From: an uncultured Acidimicrobiaceae bacterium
Lineage (GTDB): Bacteria > Actinomycetota > Acidimicrobiia > Acidimicrobiales > RAAP-2
Reading direction: 5' to 3'
Assembly (NCBI GenBank): GCA_963821105.1
Contig: CAWGCO010000015.1
Span: forward strand, 5,571 to 69,570
DNA length: 64,000 bases
Shown in pieces: positions 40,440-50,411 of this stretch. The notes beneath the pieces are model-generated. The model had not been told where the DNA came from. It worked only from the letters and a program-made list of their open reading frames with translations, and searched no databases. How positions within the stretch are numbered: the stretch's first letter is position 1; every line of letters begins with the position of its first letter. The position numbers and the translations under genes were made by a program.

Positions 40440-41594
40440 ATGACGACGGTACGTGCGGCGGTGTGCACGGGACTCAACGAGCCCTGGAAGACCGAAGAGA
40501 TCGAGATAGACCCTCCGGGCAACCGAGAGGTACGCGTGAAGATGGTGTGGTCGGGCATGTGCCACTCCGACGAGCACCTGCGGACCGGCGACATCGACGC
40601 GCCGCCCGAGGTCCTCGAGATGATCGGCGTGAAGTCGATGTTCCCGGTCGTCGGCGGGCACGAGGGCTCGGGCATCGTGACCGAGGCCGGCCCGAACGTC
40701 ACGCAGGTGGCGGTGGGCGACCACGTGGCGGTGTCGTTCATCCCGTCGTGTGGCACGTGCTTCTGGTGCGCCTCGGGCCGCCAGAACCTGTGCGACCTCG
40801 GCATGATGACGCTGGCCGGCGGGATGATCAGCGACGGGACCTTCCGCTACCACCTGGGCGAGGAGGACCTGAACCGCATGGCGCAGCTCGGCACGTTCGC
40901 CGACGAGATGGTGGTCCACGAGAACTCGCTGGTGCGCCTCAACGGCTGGGACAACCTGAAGGCGGCGGCGCTGATCAGCTGCGGCATCTCGACGGGCTTC
41001 GGCGCGGCGGTCGACCGGGCGAAGGTCAAGCCCGGCGAGACGGTCGTCGTGGCCGGGTGCGGCGGCGTGGGCTCGGGTGCGATCCAGGGCGCACGGATCG
41101 CCGGCGCTCGGCACATCGTCGCCGTCGACCCGGTGCAGTTCAAGCTCGACCGGGCGAAGGAGATCGGTGCCACACACACGGCGACGTCGCTGGCCGAGGT
41201 GCCGTTCCTGCTGCCGGAGCTCACGATGGGGCGCAACGCCGACGTCGTGATCCTGACGCCCGGCGTGCTGCGCGGCGAGATGATCGCGGAGGCGGCGCAG
41301 TGCGGGTCGAAGGACGCCCGGATCGTGGCCGTGGCGATCTCGCCGTTCGACGCCATGGACGTCAAGCTCAACCTGTTCAACCTGGCGATGTTCAACCAGA
41401 CGGTCATGGGCACGGTCTTCGGCTCGCAGAGCCCACGGGTGCAGGTGCCGAACCTGTTGAACCTCTACGAGAGCGGGCAGCTCCAGATCGACGAGCTGAT
41501 CACGCAGGAGTACACGCTCGACCAGGTGCAGCAGGGTTACGAGGACCAGGCCGCCGGGACGATCGTCCGCGGCGTGGTGAAGTTCGACAGCTGA
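40440..41594 (+). CDS. Zn-dependent alcohol dehydrogenase, NDMA-dependent / Rxyl_3153-type (mycofactocin-associated family)
   Basis: GMCHSDEH, GHEGSGIV, CGTCFWCASGRQNLC and GCGGVGSG motifs. ATG at 40440 with a GGGAGGG RBS. Convergent with mftD. Confidence 0.85.
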   Translation: MTTVRAAVCTGLNEPWKTEEIEIDPPGNREVRVKMVWSGMCHSDEHLRTGDIDAPPEVLEMIGVKSMFPVVGGHEGSGIVTEAGPNVTQVAVGDHVAVSFIPSCGTCFWCASGRQNLCDLGMMTLAGGMISDGTFRYHLGEEDLNRMAQLGTFADEMVVHENSLVRLNGWDNLKAAALISCGISTGFGAAVDRAKVKPGETVVVAGCGGVGSGAIQGARIAGARHIVAVDPVQFKLDRAKEIGATHTATSLAEVPFLLPELTMGRNADVVILTPGVLRGEMIAEAAQCGSKDARIVAVAISPFDAMDVKLNLFNLAMFNQTVMGTVFGSQSPRVQVPNLLNLYESGQLQIDELITQEYTLDQVQQGYEDQAAGTIVRGVVKFDS

Positions 41595-41665
41595 GGCTGC
41601 GGCCGGGGCGGCCCTCCGGGGCCGGGTCCGGCGGGACGACGAGGCGGGCCGTCAGGCCAACAGCG

Positions 41666-42838
41666 TCAGTCGCCGAGGGTGCGGCTGAAGCCCTCGGGCA
41701 TCACGATGTCGTCACGCCCGAGCTCGTGGATCGACGAGTGCCCGAGGCCGAGCACGGCTGACTCGATGCCGCCGCGCAGGATGTCGAGGACGTTCTCGAC
41801 GCCGGCCTGACCGTTGGCGGCGAGGCCCCAGAGGGAGGCGCGGCCGATCATCACGGCGCGGGCGCCGAGGGCGACGGCCTTGACCACATCGCTGCCCCGG
41901 CGGATGCCGCCGTCGAGCAGGACCTCGACGTCGGTGCCGACGGCGTCGACGACGGAGGGCAGCGTGCGGATCGTGGCCGGGGTGCCGTCGAGGTTGTTGC
42001 CGCCGTGGTTGGAGACCGAGATGGCGGTGACGCCGGCGTCGACGGCGCGCTTGGCGTCATCGACGCGGGTGACGCCCTTCAGCATGAACGGCCCGCCCCA
42101 CTGCTCGCGCAGCCAGGCGACGTCCTCCCAACTCGGCGGCGGGGTGCCCATCCACTGTCCGTAGGCGCCGAAGAACGTCGGGGGTTGCTGGCCCTTCGGG
42201 ACCATGTTGGGCGTCGTGAGGTCCGGCGCCTTGCCCGTCTTGGCGAAGGACCAGAACCAGCGCGGGTGGGTCAGGGCTTCGGGGGCGAACTTGAGCATGG
42301 TGCGCAGGTTCATCGACTCGGGGATGGAAGGGCTGCCCCAGTCGCGGCCGTGGCTGAACGACCAGTCGAGGGTGGCGATGAGGCCGACGGCGCCGGCGGC
42401 GCGGGCGCGCTCGGCGCGGGCGGCGATGTCGTCGCGGGAACCGATCCAGTAGATCTGGAAGAAGGTCTGCGGGTTGGCGGCGACGACATCCTCGACGGGC
42501 CGGGAGCCGAACGAGCTGAGGCCCATGGCGGTGCCGCGCGCGGCGGAGGCCCGGGCCAGGGCGACCTCGCCGTCGGGGTGCACGGCCTGGACCCCGGTGG
42601 GCGAGATCAGCACGGGGAAGGAGATGTCCTGGCCCATGACCGTCGTGGCGAGGTCCTTCTTCTCCGAGAGGCCGGCGACGTGGGGGGCGAAGCCGAGCTC
42701 GCCGTAGGCGGCGACGTTGTCCTCGAGGGTCAGGCCGCGTTCGGATCCCGCGATCAGCGCGGCGTATACGGACTTGGGCAGGCGCTTCTTGGCCCGCCGT
42801 TGCGCCTCGGCGACCGTCTCGAACCACTTGTCTGCCAT
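41666..42838 (-). CDS. mftD: pre-mycofactocin synthase MftD (FMN-dependent alpha-hydroxy-acid oxidase fold)
   Basis: WFETVAEAQRRAKKRLPKSVY...FSHGRDWGSP...ISVSNHGGNNLDG...LDGGIRRGSDVVKAVALGA is near-collinear with MftD as I recall it. ATG at 42838. Confidence 0.9.
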   Translation of the reverse strand: MADKWFETVAEAQRRAKKRLPKSVYAALIAGSERGLTLEDNVAAYGELGFAPHVAGLSEKKDLATTVMGQDISFPVLISPTGVQAVHPDGEVALARASAARGTAMGLSSFGSRPVEDVVAANPQTFFQIYWIGSRDDIAARAERARAAGAVGLIATLDWSFSHGRDWGSPSIPESMNLRTMLKFAPEALTHPRWFWSFAKTGKAPDLTTPNMVPKGQQPPTFFGAYGQWMGTPPPSWEDVAWLREQWGGPFMLKGVTRVDDAKRAVDAGVTAISVSNHGGNNLDGTPATIRTLPSVVDAVGTDVEVLLDGGIRRGSDVVKAVALGARAVMIGRASLWGLAANGQAGVENVLDILRGGIESAVLGLGHSSIHELGRDDIVMPEGFSRTLGD

Positions 42839-43007
42839 TACGTGGGCCTCTCGTCGGCTGTGGTGTCCGGCTCCCGTGGCCGGACGCGTCTGCGACCGGG
42901 AGACTCTAATGGGTGGGTCCGGCGGGACGTTGTCCCTGGTGGCCGGTGTGGGGGCGTGGCCGGTGTCGGTGGTGGGTGACGCAAGCCGGGGTCCGTACCA
43001 TTGGCGG

Positions 43008-43426
43008 ATGACGACGACGATCTCCATCCGGCCCGCCGTCGGGGACGACATCGGGGCGGTCCTCGGGTTGTGGCGTGAGGCGGCGGCACCCACGACGACG
43101 GACGATGCTGAGGGTTTGGGTGCGTTGCTGGCGCACGACCCCGGTGCGCTTTTGGTGGCCGAGTCGTCGTCCGGGGAGATCGTCGGGACGGTGATCGCCG
43201 GGTGGGACGGGTGGCGCGGGTCGATCTACCGGATCGCCGTCGCTCCGTCGCAGCGGCGGGCGGGGTTGGGCCGGCGCCTGCTGGGGGAGGCCGAGGATCG
43301 CCTGCGGCGCGTCGGGCGCGCCGGATGCACGCGATCGTGGTCGGGACGGACGAGCAGGCCGCGGGGTTCTGGCGGGCGTCGGACTGGGAGCACCAGAGCG
43401 CCCAGTGGCGCTTCACGCAGGACTAG
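43008..43426 (+). pseudogene. GNAT family N-acetyltransferase, frameshifted
   Basis: IYRIAVAPSQRRAGLGRRLL is in one frame. The tail RRMHAIVVGTDEQAAGFWRASDWE is in the frame of ORF 43202..43426. An indel lies in a G-run near 43315. Confidence 0.75.
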
Positions 43427-43439
43427 GAGGCTGCGGCCG

Positions 43440-44014
43440 ATGGGCAAGCTCATCTATACGGCGCTGGGCTCGGTGGACGGGTACTTCGAGGACGCCGACG
43501 GCGGGTTCGACTGGGCGGAGCCGGACGAGGAAGTGCACGCGTTCGTCAACGATCTCGAGCGGCCGATCGGGACCTATCTCTACGGGCGCCGGATGTACGA
43601 GACGATGGTGTTCTGGGAGACGGCGGATGCTGAGGGTCAGCCGGCGGTGTATGGCGATTACGCGGGGATCTGGCGGGCGGCCGAGAAGGTCGTGTACTCA
43701 CGGACGCTGCTGACGCCTTCGAGTGCGACGGACTCGGATGGAGCGCGAGTTCGACCCGGAAGCGGTCCGGCAGTTGAAGCTGACGTCGACGGCCGACCTC
43801 GCCGTGGGGGGCGGGGATCTCGCCGGCCAGGCGATCGGCGCCGGGCTCGTCGACGAGCTCCATCTCTTCGTGAGCCCGATCGTGATCGGTGGCGGCAAAC
43901 GCACGCTGGCGGACGGGGTGCGCGGCGCAACTCGAACTGCTCGATGAGCGCCGCTTCAACAGCGGCGTCGTTTACCTCCGCTACCGCTGCGGCGCCTGGA
44001 TCACGGCGGTGTGA
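43440..44014 (+). pseudogene. dihydrofolate reductase family (RibD C-terminal domain) protein, frameshifted twice
   Basis: MGKLIYTALGSVDGYFED... then LAVGGGDLAGQAIGAGLVDELHLFVSPIVIGGG (frame 43723..43947), then the tail QLELLDERRFNSGVVYLRY. An AGGAGG RBS precedes the ATG at 43440. Confidence 0.75.
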
Positions 44015-45533
44015 CGGGGGAGTCCCGCTTCGGGGCCAGCTGCTCGTGGAGGCCGCGCTCCGACCACACCCGCGAGCGGAACGTCACGCGTGGGAGGAGA
44101 GGTGCTGCCGTCTTCTCACGCGCGCAGCCGAGCCAGACGCCCACGCCGTACGCGGTGTCGTCGGCGACGTGGAGCGCGGCGTACGTGAGGGGATCGAGGC
44201 CGCTCTGGTCGTCCCACCAGTCGGCGAGAGCCGGCACCAACAAGGCCGCCAACGCCGCCTTGCGGGTGCGCCGGGAGGCCAGCGCCAGGACGAGGGCGGG
44301 GCTCCATGCCCGCGTCAGGCCGGCCAGCGCAGGCACGGCGGCGCGGGCGGTGCCCGCCCCGGCGATCCGCGTGGCGACGGCGACGGGGTCGCTGCGTCAG
44401 GCCGCTCAGGCGGTTGCGCCAAGAGGCCGACCGACGTGGCGAGCGTGGCGGCGGCCAGGAACGGGCCGGCGCGCGCACGACGAGCAGCCACACCGCCAAC
44501 GACCACGCCGAGACGTGGACCGGGGAGAGCGCGCCGGGATGCCGGCGGGCGAGCGGCGCCGCCGAGGTCGCCGTAGAAGGAGCGGCGGCGCCAGGAACTG
44601 ACCGAACGTCGCCGGGCCGTCGTGCTCGACGGTGCTCGCCGGGACGTAGCGCACGTCCCACCCGGCGTCGCCCAGGCGCCAGACGAGGTCGACGTCCTCA
44701 CCGCCACGCAGGGTGGCGTCGAACAACTCGGGCCCCGGCGCCACCGCCACCCGCACGACCAGGGCCGCGGTCGGGACGTAGGGGATGGACGAGCCGCGTC
44801 GCACCGGGCCCCTCGGCGGCGCCCCGGTCGAGGGAGGACCGCACCGCCTCGTAGCGCTGCACGGCGTCCTCGGGCGGGTGGGGCAGCGGGACCACCCGGG
44901 GGGCCACGGCGCCGACGACCGGGTCGTCGAAGTGGCCGAGCAGCGGGTCGAGCCAGTCCGGAGCGGGGACACAGTCCGAGTCGACGAACGCCACCAGGGG
45001 GGTGCGCACCGACGCCAGGCCGGCGTTGCGGGCGCCGGCCGGGCCGGAGTTCGTCGTCGAGCGCGACGAGGCGCGCCCCGTGGCGCTCGGCGATCTCCTT
45101 GGTGGTCGCGGCGTCGGCCGACGCGTCGTCGACGACGACGACGGCCAGGTCGTCGGAGAGGGCGTCGAGCAGGCGGTCGAGCTCGGCCGGCCGGTCGCGC
45201 ACCGGGATCACGACGGTGACGTCGCCCTCGTTATACGAGGTCGTCGTGGGCCGGGGCAGGTACGCCGCCGGACGAGACGAGGCGTCGGGCCAGGAGGCGT
45301 GCGCCCGGCTGGTCGCCGACGGGGTGCCCGATGCGCCACCGCTCGAGCAGTCGCTGCGCCCGCGCCGAGATCCGGAAGAGCCGGAGCGGGCTGCCGCCCA
45401 GGACGACGGAGTTGTCGTCGAGATGCGCGGTCGAGGCCGCCGGGTGCAGCGTGAACGAGCCGGGCAGCGGCGTGGTCCGGCGGTCCGGCGCCGGCCGCAG
45501 CGCCGGCCGGTCCGGGGTCACAGAAGCGGTCAC
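44001..45533 (-). pseudogene. mftF: mycofactocin glycosyltransferase MftF, heavily frameshifted
   Basis: GT2-like [19 protein letters not shown]...[26 protein letters not shown] and a C-terminal membrane part are spread over three frames. There are at least 6 frame changes. Divergent from mftA. Confidence 0.75.
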
Positions 45534-45542
45534 CTCCCAATT

Positions 45543-45584
45543 TTGGCAGCGGTCCGACGGCCGATAGGCTGGGTCTTTGCCCAG
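45543..45584 (+). promoter_or_regulatory. putative mftA promoter with overlapping small inverted repeat
   Basis: TTGGCA (45543-45548), 16 nt, TAGGCT (45565-45570). The inverted repeat CTGGG-tctttg-CCCAG (45569-45584) spans the -10 and the start region. Confidence 0.35.
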
Positions 45585-45595
45585 AGGAGGTCGGG

Positions 45596-45715
45596 ATGCT
45601 GGCTGAGGTGGCTGAAGACCGGGACATCGGTGACGTCGAGGACGTGTCCGAAGAGGACATCGACGAGCTCCTGGTGGAAGAGGTCTCCATCGACGGGATG
45701 TGCGGCGTCTATTGA
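45596..45715 (+). CDS. mftA: mycofactocin precursor peptide MftA
   Basis: A 39-codon ORF absent from the ORF track: MLAEVAEDRDIGDVEDVSEEDIDELLVEEVSIDGMCGVY. It has the canonical C-terminal IDGxCGVY. GAGGAGG lies 5 nt upstream. It sits directly before mftB. Confidence 0.9.
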   Translation: MLAEVAEDRDIGDVEDVSEEDIDELLVEEVSIDGMCGVY

Positions 45716-45717
45716 GC

Positions 45718-46005
45718 GTGACCGAGGCGCGGTCGCCGGCGGCCGCGTTCGCAGTCGATCGAGCGTGGCGGCTCAATCCCCAGGTGGCGCTGCGCGACGA
45801 GTCGTTCGGCGCGCTGGCCTACCACTACGGCAACCGGCGGCTGGTGTTCCTCAAGTCGCGCACGCTGGTGACGCTCGTCTCGTCGTTGGGTGAGTATCCG
45901 AGCGCGGCGGCGGCCATCGGCGCCTGCGTGCCCGAGGGCAGCCGGGCCGCGTACGAGCGGGCGCTGGCGCGCCTGGCGGCGTCCGAGGTGATCGATGCCT
46001 GCTGA
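45718..46005 (+). CDS. mftB: mycofactocin biosynthesis chaperone MftB
   Basis: WRLNPQVALRDESFGALAYHYGNRRLVFLK (PqqD-like RRE). GTG at 45718, 3 nt after the mftA stop (alternative ATG at 45700). Its stop overlaps the mftC start. Confidence 0.85.
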   Translation: MTEARSPAAAFAVDRAWRLNPQVALRDESFGALAYHYGNRRLVFLKSRTLVTLVSSLGEYPSAAAAIGACVPEGSRAAYERALARLAASEVIDAC

Positions 46006-47233
46006 GACGGTGCCGAGCGCGGCGGGGTCGGGGTCGGAGATGGCCGAGGTGGCGCCGCTCCCGCTCAAGGACCAGTTCAGCCGGGGTCTGGACGCCCCGA
46101 TCTGCCTGACGTGGGAGCTGACGTACGCCTGCAATCTTGCGTGCGTGCACTGCCTGAGCTCGTCGGGTCGCCGGGACCCGGCCGAGCTGACGCCGGCCGA
46201 GGCGCGCCACATCGTCGACGAGCTGGTCGACCTCAAGGTGTTCTACGTGAACATCGGCGGGGGCGAGCCGATGCTGCGGCCGGACTTCTTCGACCTCGTC
46301 GGCTACGCGACGGAGCGGCGGGTCGGCGTGAAGTTCTCGACCAACGGGACGCGGCTGTCGGCGGAGCGGGCTCGGCAGCTGGCGGCGCTGGACTATCTGG
46401 ACGTGCAGATCAGTATCGACGGGGCGACGGCGGCCACCAACGACGTGGTGCGCGGCGAGGGCTCGTTCGCCGCGGCCCGCCAGGCGATGGACAACCTCGC
46501 GGCGGCGGACTTCGGGCAGTTCAAGATCAGTGTCGTCGTGACGCGCCAGAACGTGGAGGAGCTCGATGCGCTGGCGGCGATCGCGGAGGGGTACGGGGCG
46601 CAGCTCCGCCTGACCCGCCTGCGGCCATCGGGCCGGGGGGTCGACTCGTGGGACGCGCTGCACCCGACGGCGGCGCAGCAGCGCTCCTTGTACCACTGGT
46701 TGGTCGACCACCCGGGCGTGCTCACGGGCGACTCGTTCTTCCACCTCTCCGCCCTGGGCGAGCCGCTGGACGGGCTCAACCTGTGCGGTGCGGGACGGGT
46801 GGTCTGCCTCATCGACCCGGTGGGCGACGTCTACGCCTGCCCCTTCGTCATCGACCGCGAGTTCCTGGCCGGGAACGTGCGCGATCCGGGCGGGTTCCCG
46901 GCGGTGTGGCGGGAGTCGTCGTTGTTCCGATCCTTGCGCGAGCCGCAGAGCGCGGGCGCCTGCGCCTCGTGCGGGTCGTTCGACGCGTGCCGGGGCGGGT
47001 GCATGGCGGCGAAGTTCTTCACCGGGCTGCCGTTCGACGGGCCCGACCCCGAGTGCGTGCTATGGGCACGGGGAGACGGCGCTGGCGGCGTTGGCCACGA
47101 GCGGCACATCCCGGCCGCAGGCGGTGATCGGCCACTCCAAGGTGGCGCGGGACGGCACGCCTGTCCCGGTGCCGACACCGGTGCGGATGCCGGTGCGGTT
47201 CCGGTCGCCCGCTCGCGCCTGAGCCCGCACTGA
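45995..47233 (+). CDS. mftC: mycofactocin radical SAM maturase MftC (3'-terminal frame anomaly)
   Basis: YACNLACVHC (CX3CX2C), and SPASM cysteines CGAGR...YACPF...CASCGSFDACRGGC. After about 47057 the open frame has poor GC3. The native-looking tail YGHGETALAAL...GHSKVARDG is in the +1 frame and ends at 47222. Confidence 0.9.
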   Translation: MPAETVPSAAGSGSEMAEVAPLPLKDQFSRGLDAPICLTWELTYACNLACVHCLSSSGRRDPAELTPAEARHIVDELVDLKVFYVNIGGGEPMLRPDFFDLVGYATERRVGVKFSTNGTRLSAERARQLAALDYLDVQISIDGATAATNDVVRGEGSFAAARQAMDNLAAADFGQFKISVVVTRQNVEELDALAAIAEGYGAQLRLTRLRPSGRGVDSWDALHPTAAQQRSLYHWLVDHPGVLTGDSFFHLSALGEPLDGLNLCGAGRVVCLIDPVGDVYACPFVIDREFLAGNVRDPGGFPAVWRESSLFRSLREPQSAGACASCGSFDACRGGCMAAKFFTGLPFDGPDPECVLWARGDGAGGVGHERHIPAAGGDRPLQGGAGRHACPGADTGADAGAVPVARSRLSPH

Positions 47234-47916
47234 TGGACCTCGGGCGCGCCACCTGGATGCAGGTGGACGCGACGGCGGGCGCCGACCTCCTGGCCGTCCC
47301 GCTCGGCTCGCTCGAACAGCACGGGCCGCATCTGCCCCTCGACACGGACACCCGCATCGCGGAGGCGCTCGCCGGCGGGCTGGCCGGGCAACGGCCGGGC
47401 GTGGCGCTGGCGCCGGCGGTGGCGTACGGCGCCAGCGGTGAGCACGCCGGGTTCGCCGGCACGCTCGTGGTCGGGCACGACGTGTTGGCGGCGCTCCTCG
47501 TCGAGCTCGTCCGCAGCGCCCGCTCGTCCTTCGCCGGCGTCGTGCTGGTGAACGCGCACGGCGGCAACGAGCAGACGCTGGCCGCCGTCGAGGCGCGGTG
47601 CGGTGCCGAGGGCGACCCGGTGCTGGCGTGGCGGGCCGGCGTGCGCGGCGGCGACGCCCACGCCGGGCGCACCGAGACGTCGCTGATGTTGGCGATCGAC
47701 CCCGCTGCGGTCCGCTTGGACCTGGCCGAGCCCGGCTGCACCGAGCCGATCGAGCGGCTGCTGCCCCGTCTGCGCGCCGAGGGGGTGCGGCCGGTATCGT
47801 CCAACGGCGTGTTGGGCGACCCGAGCGGAGCGAGCGCCGAGGAGGGCCGCGCCCTCCTCGAGTCGCTGGTGGGCGACCTCGCCGCGTCGGTCGCCCGGCG
47901 CTGGCCGGCTTCGTGA
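47233..47916 (+). CDS. mftE: mycofactocin precursor peptidase MftE (creatininase family)
   Basis: LAVPLGSLEQHGPHLPLDTDT...VNAHGGN...HAGRTETS. Its ATG overlaps the mftC ORF stop (TGATG). Confidence 0.85.
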   Translation: MDLGRATWMQVDATAGADLLAVPLGSLEQHGPHLPLDTDTRIAEALAGGLAGQRPGVALAPAVAYGASGEHAGFAGTLVVGHDVLAALLVELVRSARSSFAGVVLVNAHGGNEQTLAAVEARCGAEGDPVLAWRAGVRGGDAHAGRTETSLMLAIDPAAVRLDLAEPGCTEPIERLLPRLRAEGVRPVSSNGVLGDPSGASAEEGRALLESLVGDLAASVARRWPAS

Positions 47917-47929
47917 GCACCGCCTCCGC

Positions 47930-48717
47930 ATGAGCCCCGCCGCCGTCGTCACGGGGGCCGCGCGCGGCATCGGCGCCGCGACGGTGGACGCGCTGGTCGC
48001 CGCAGGGCTGGAACGTCGTGGCGGTCGACCGCGGGGCGGACGACCCCGCGCTCGACTACGCGCTGGCCACGAAGGCGGACCTCGAGGAGGTGGCGGCCCG
48101 GCACGGCGACGCCGTGCGCCCGATGGTGGGCGACGTCCGCTTCCCGCCCGACATGCAGGCCGCGGTCGACGAGGCGGTCGAGCACTTCGGCGGGCTGCAC
48201 GCCGCGGTGGCGGCCGCCGGGGTGATCAGCGGGGGACCGCCGCTGTGGGAGACGTCCGACGCCCAGTGGAACGTGCTCTTCGACGTCAACGTGAACGGCG
48301 TGCGCAACCTGGCCCAGGCGGCGGTGCCGGCCCTGTTGGAGCAGCCGGCGCCGCGTCACGGGCGGGTCGTCGCCGTGGCGTCCGCCGCGGGGCTGCTCGG
48401 CCTCCGCCGGCTGGGCGCCTACAGCGCGTCGAAGGCGCGCGGTGATCGCCCTCATGCGCTCGCTCGCCGCCGACCTGGCGGGCAGCGGGATCACGGCCAA
48501 CGCGGTGTGCCCGGGCTCGACGCGTGGGGCGATGCTGGACGCGTCCGCCGCCGTCTACGGCCTCGCCTCCGCCGAGGAGTTCGCCGGCCAGCAGCTGGTC
48601 GAGCGCCTGCTCGACCCCGCCGAGATCGCCGACCTCATCGCCTGGCTCTGCAGCCCCGACTCGGCCGGCGTGACCGGCGCCGCGCTCCCGGTAGACGGGG
48701 GGATGACGACGTCCTGA
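47930..48717 (+). pseudogene. mycofactocin-coupled-type SDR oxidoreductase, frameshifted twice
   Basis: AAVVTGAARGIGAAT, NVVAVDRGADDPALDYALAT, YSASKA and ANAVCPGSTRGAML...PVDGG motifs. An extra G lies near 48010 and an inserted base near 48440. Confidence 0.8.
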
Positions 48718-48754
48718 CGGGCGGTACGGGTCGGCTCAGCGTGAGGGAGGTTCC

Positions 48755-49027
48755 ATGGCCGAGGACGAGTGCGCGCATCTCGATCAGATCCAGGACGTCA
48801 CGCCGCTGACGCCCCAGGGCTGCGGCGAGTGCATGAAGACGGGTGACCGCTGGGTGCACCTGCGGATCTGCCTCAGCTGCGGCGCCGTCAACTGCTGCGA
48901 CTCGTCGCCCAACAAGCACGCCACGGCGCATTTCCACCGCTCCGGCCACCCGCTGATCCAGTCGTTCCAGCCCGGTGAGGACTGGATCTGGTGTTTCGTC
49001 GACCAGTTCGCCATGGACCCGGCCTAA
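48755..49027 (+). CDS. UBP-type zinc-finger protein
   Basis: CGECMKTGDRWVHLRICLSCGAVNCCDSSPNKHATAHF is typical of zf-UBP. GAGGGAGG RBS. Confidence 0.8.
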   Translation: MAEDECAHLDQIQDVTPLTPQGCGECMKTGDRWVHLRICLSCGAVNCCDSSPNKHATAHFHRSGHPLIQSFQPGEDWIWCFVDQFAMDPA

Positions 49028-49062
49028 GCCGCTAGGCCCTCCGGCGGCGCCAGCCGCAGGGC

Positions 49063-50350
49063 TCACGAGCCCGTCCCGTACGTCGTGTCCCGCTGGTCGG
49101 TGCGCGTCGAGCCGACGGCGGCGACCGCCCGGTCCAGGTCGACCACGAGCTCGGGCACGGTGGCCGCGCTCCCGGCGTGCACGGTGGCGTGCAGCGAGTC
49201 GGGGCGGTTCTGGCGGTCCAGGTACCAGCCCTCGGCGGCCAGGCGCTCGCTCACGGCGAAGATGTCGAGCGTGTCGGGGTGGCGGGCGCCGAACGCCATC
49301 ACCGTCGCCGGCGGGTCCCCCCGCACCTCGAGGGCCGGGTTGGCCTCGATACCGGAGCGGAGCTCGAGCGCCGCATCGTGCGCCACCCTCGTCAGCTCGA
49401 CGTAGCCCGGCGTGGCCGATGTGCATCATCGCCGCCCACGCCGCCGCCATCGGCCCGGCCGGCCGGGTCCCCGCCATCGCCGTCGACGCGTAGAAGCCGC
49501 CGAGCCAGTCGCGTCGTGACGAAGAGCTGCTTGCGCGCCAGCTCGTGGTCCCGGTACAGGATCACCGAGACGCCCTTCGAGGCGTAGCCGTACTTGTGCA
49601 CGTCGGCCGACATGGAGGTGACGCCCGGGCAGGCGGAAGTCGAAGGGCTCGTCGACGCGGCCCGAGGTCCCGCAGAAAGGGCAGCAGGAAGCCACCCATG
49701 CAGGCGTCGACGTGGCACAGGATGCCGCGCCGCAGCGCCAGCGCAGCGATGTCGCCGATCGGGTCGATCACCCCCTGCGGGTACGTCGGCGCGGAGCCCA
49801 CCACCATGATCGTCGTGTCCGTGCACGCCGCCTCGAGCGACGCGGCGCTGGTGCGGAAGTCGGCGCCGACCGGGACCCGGATCAGGTCCACGTCGAAATA
49901 GTCGGCCGCCTTGGTGAAGGCGGCGTGCGCGCTCTCACCGGCGACGACGCTCGGCCGCTCGATCCCCCGGTCCCGCGCCACGTCGCGGGCCGTCTTGACC
50001 GCCTGGAGCAGGCTCTCGGTGCCCCCCGACGTCAGATAGCCCTCGACCCCACCACCGGCCTCCGGCTCGTCGGCCCCGAGCAGCGTGGCGGTGTTCATCA
50101 TGATGTCGTGCTGCATGACGCCGATGCTCGGGAACGCCAGCACGTTGAGCCCGTTCTCGGCGCTGTACAACGAGAGCGCATCGGACAGCAGCTCGTGGAC
50201 GTCGTCGCCGGCGGAGTAGACGAGCGAGAAGACCCGCCCGCCGCGCCAGTCCTGGTCGTCCTGCTTCATCGTGATGAGCTGTTGCATGACCTCGCCCCGC
50301 GGCAGCCCGAACTCGGGCATCGGGGTGTGCGGGAAGGCGCTCGGGGCCAC
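49063..50350 (-). pseudogene. PLP-dependent decarboxylase (sphingosine-1-phosphate-lyase / glutamate-decarboxylase-like), multiply frameshifted
   Basis: [18 protein letters not shown] and [13 protein letters not shown] (the PLP lysine), plus the C-terminal domain, are distributed over three frames. There are at least 3 frame changes. The start is uncertain (GTG about 50350 or ATG 50320). Confidence 0.75.
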
Positions 50351-50411
50351 GGGCGTGTTCTTAGCCCAACCGGCTCGGTCCGTGCCGCCGGCGCCGAGCC
50401 GGCGGCCGCTG

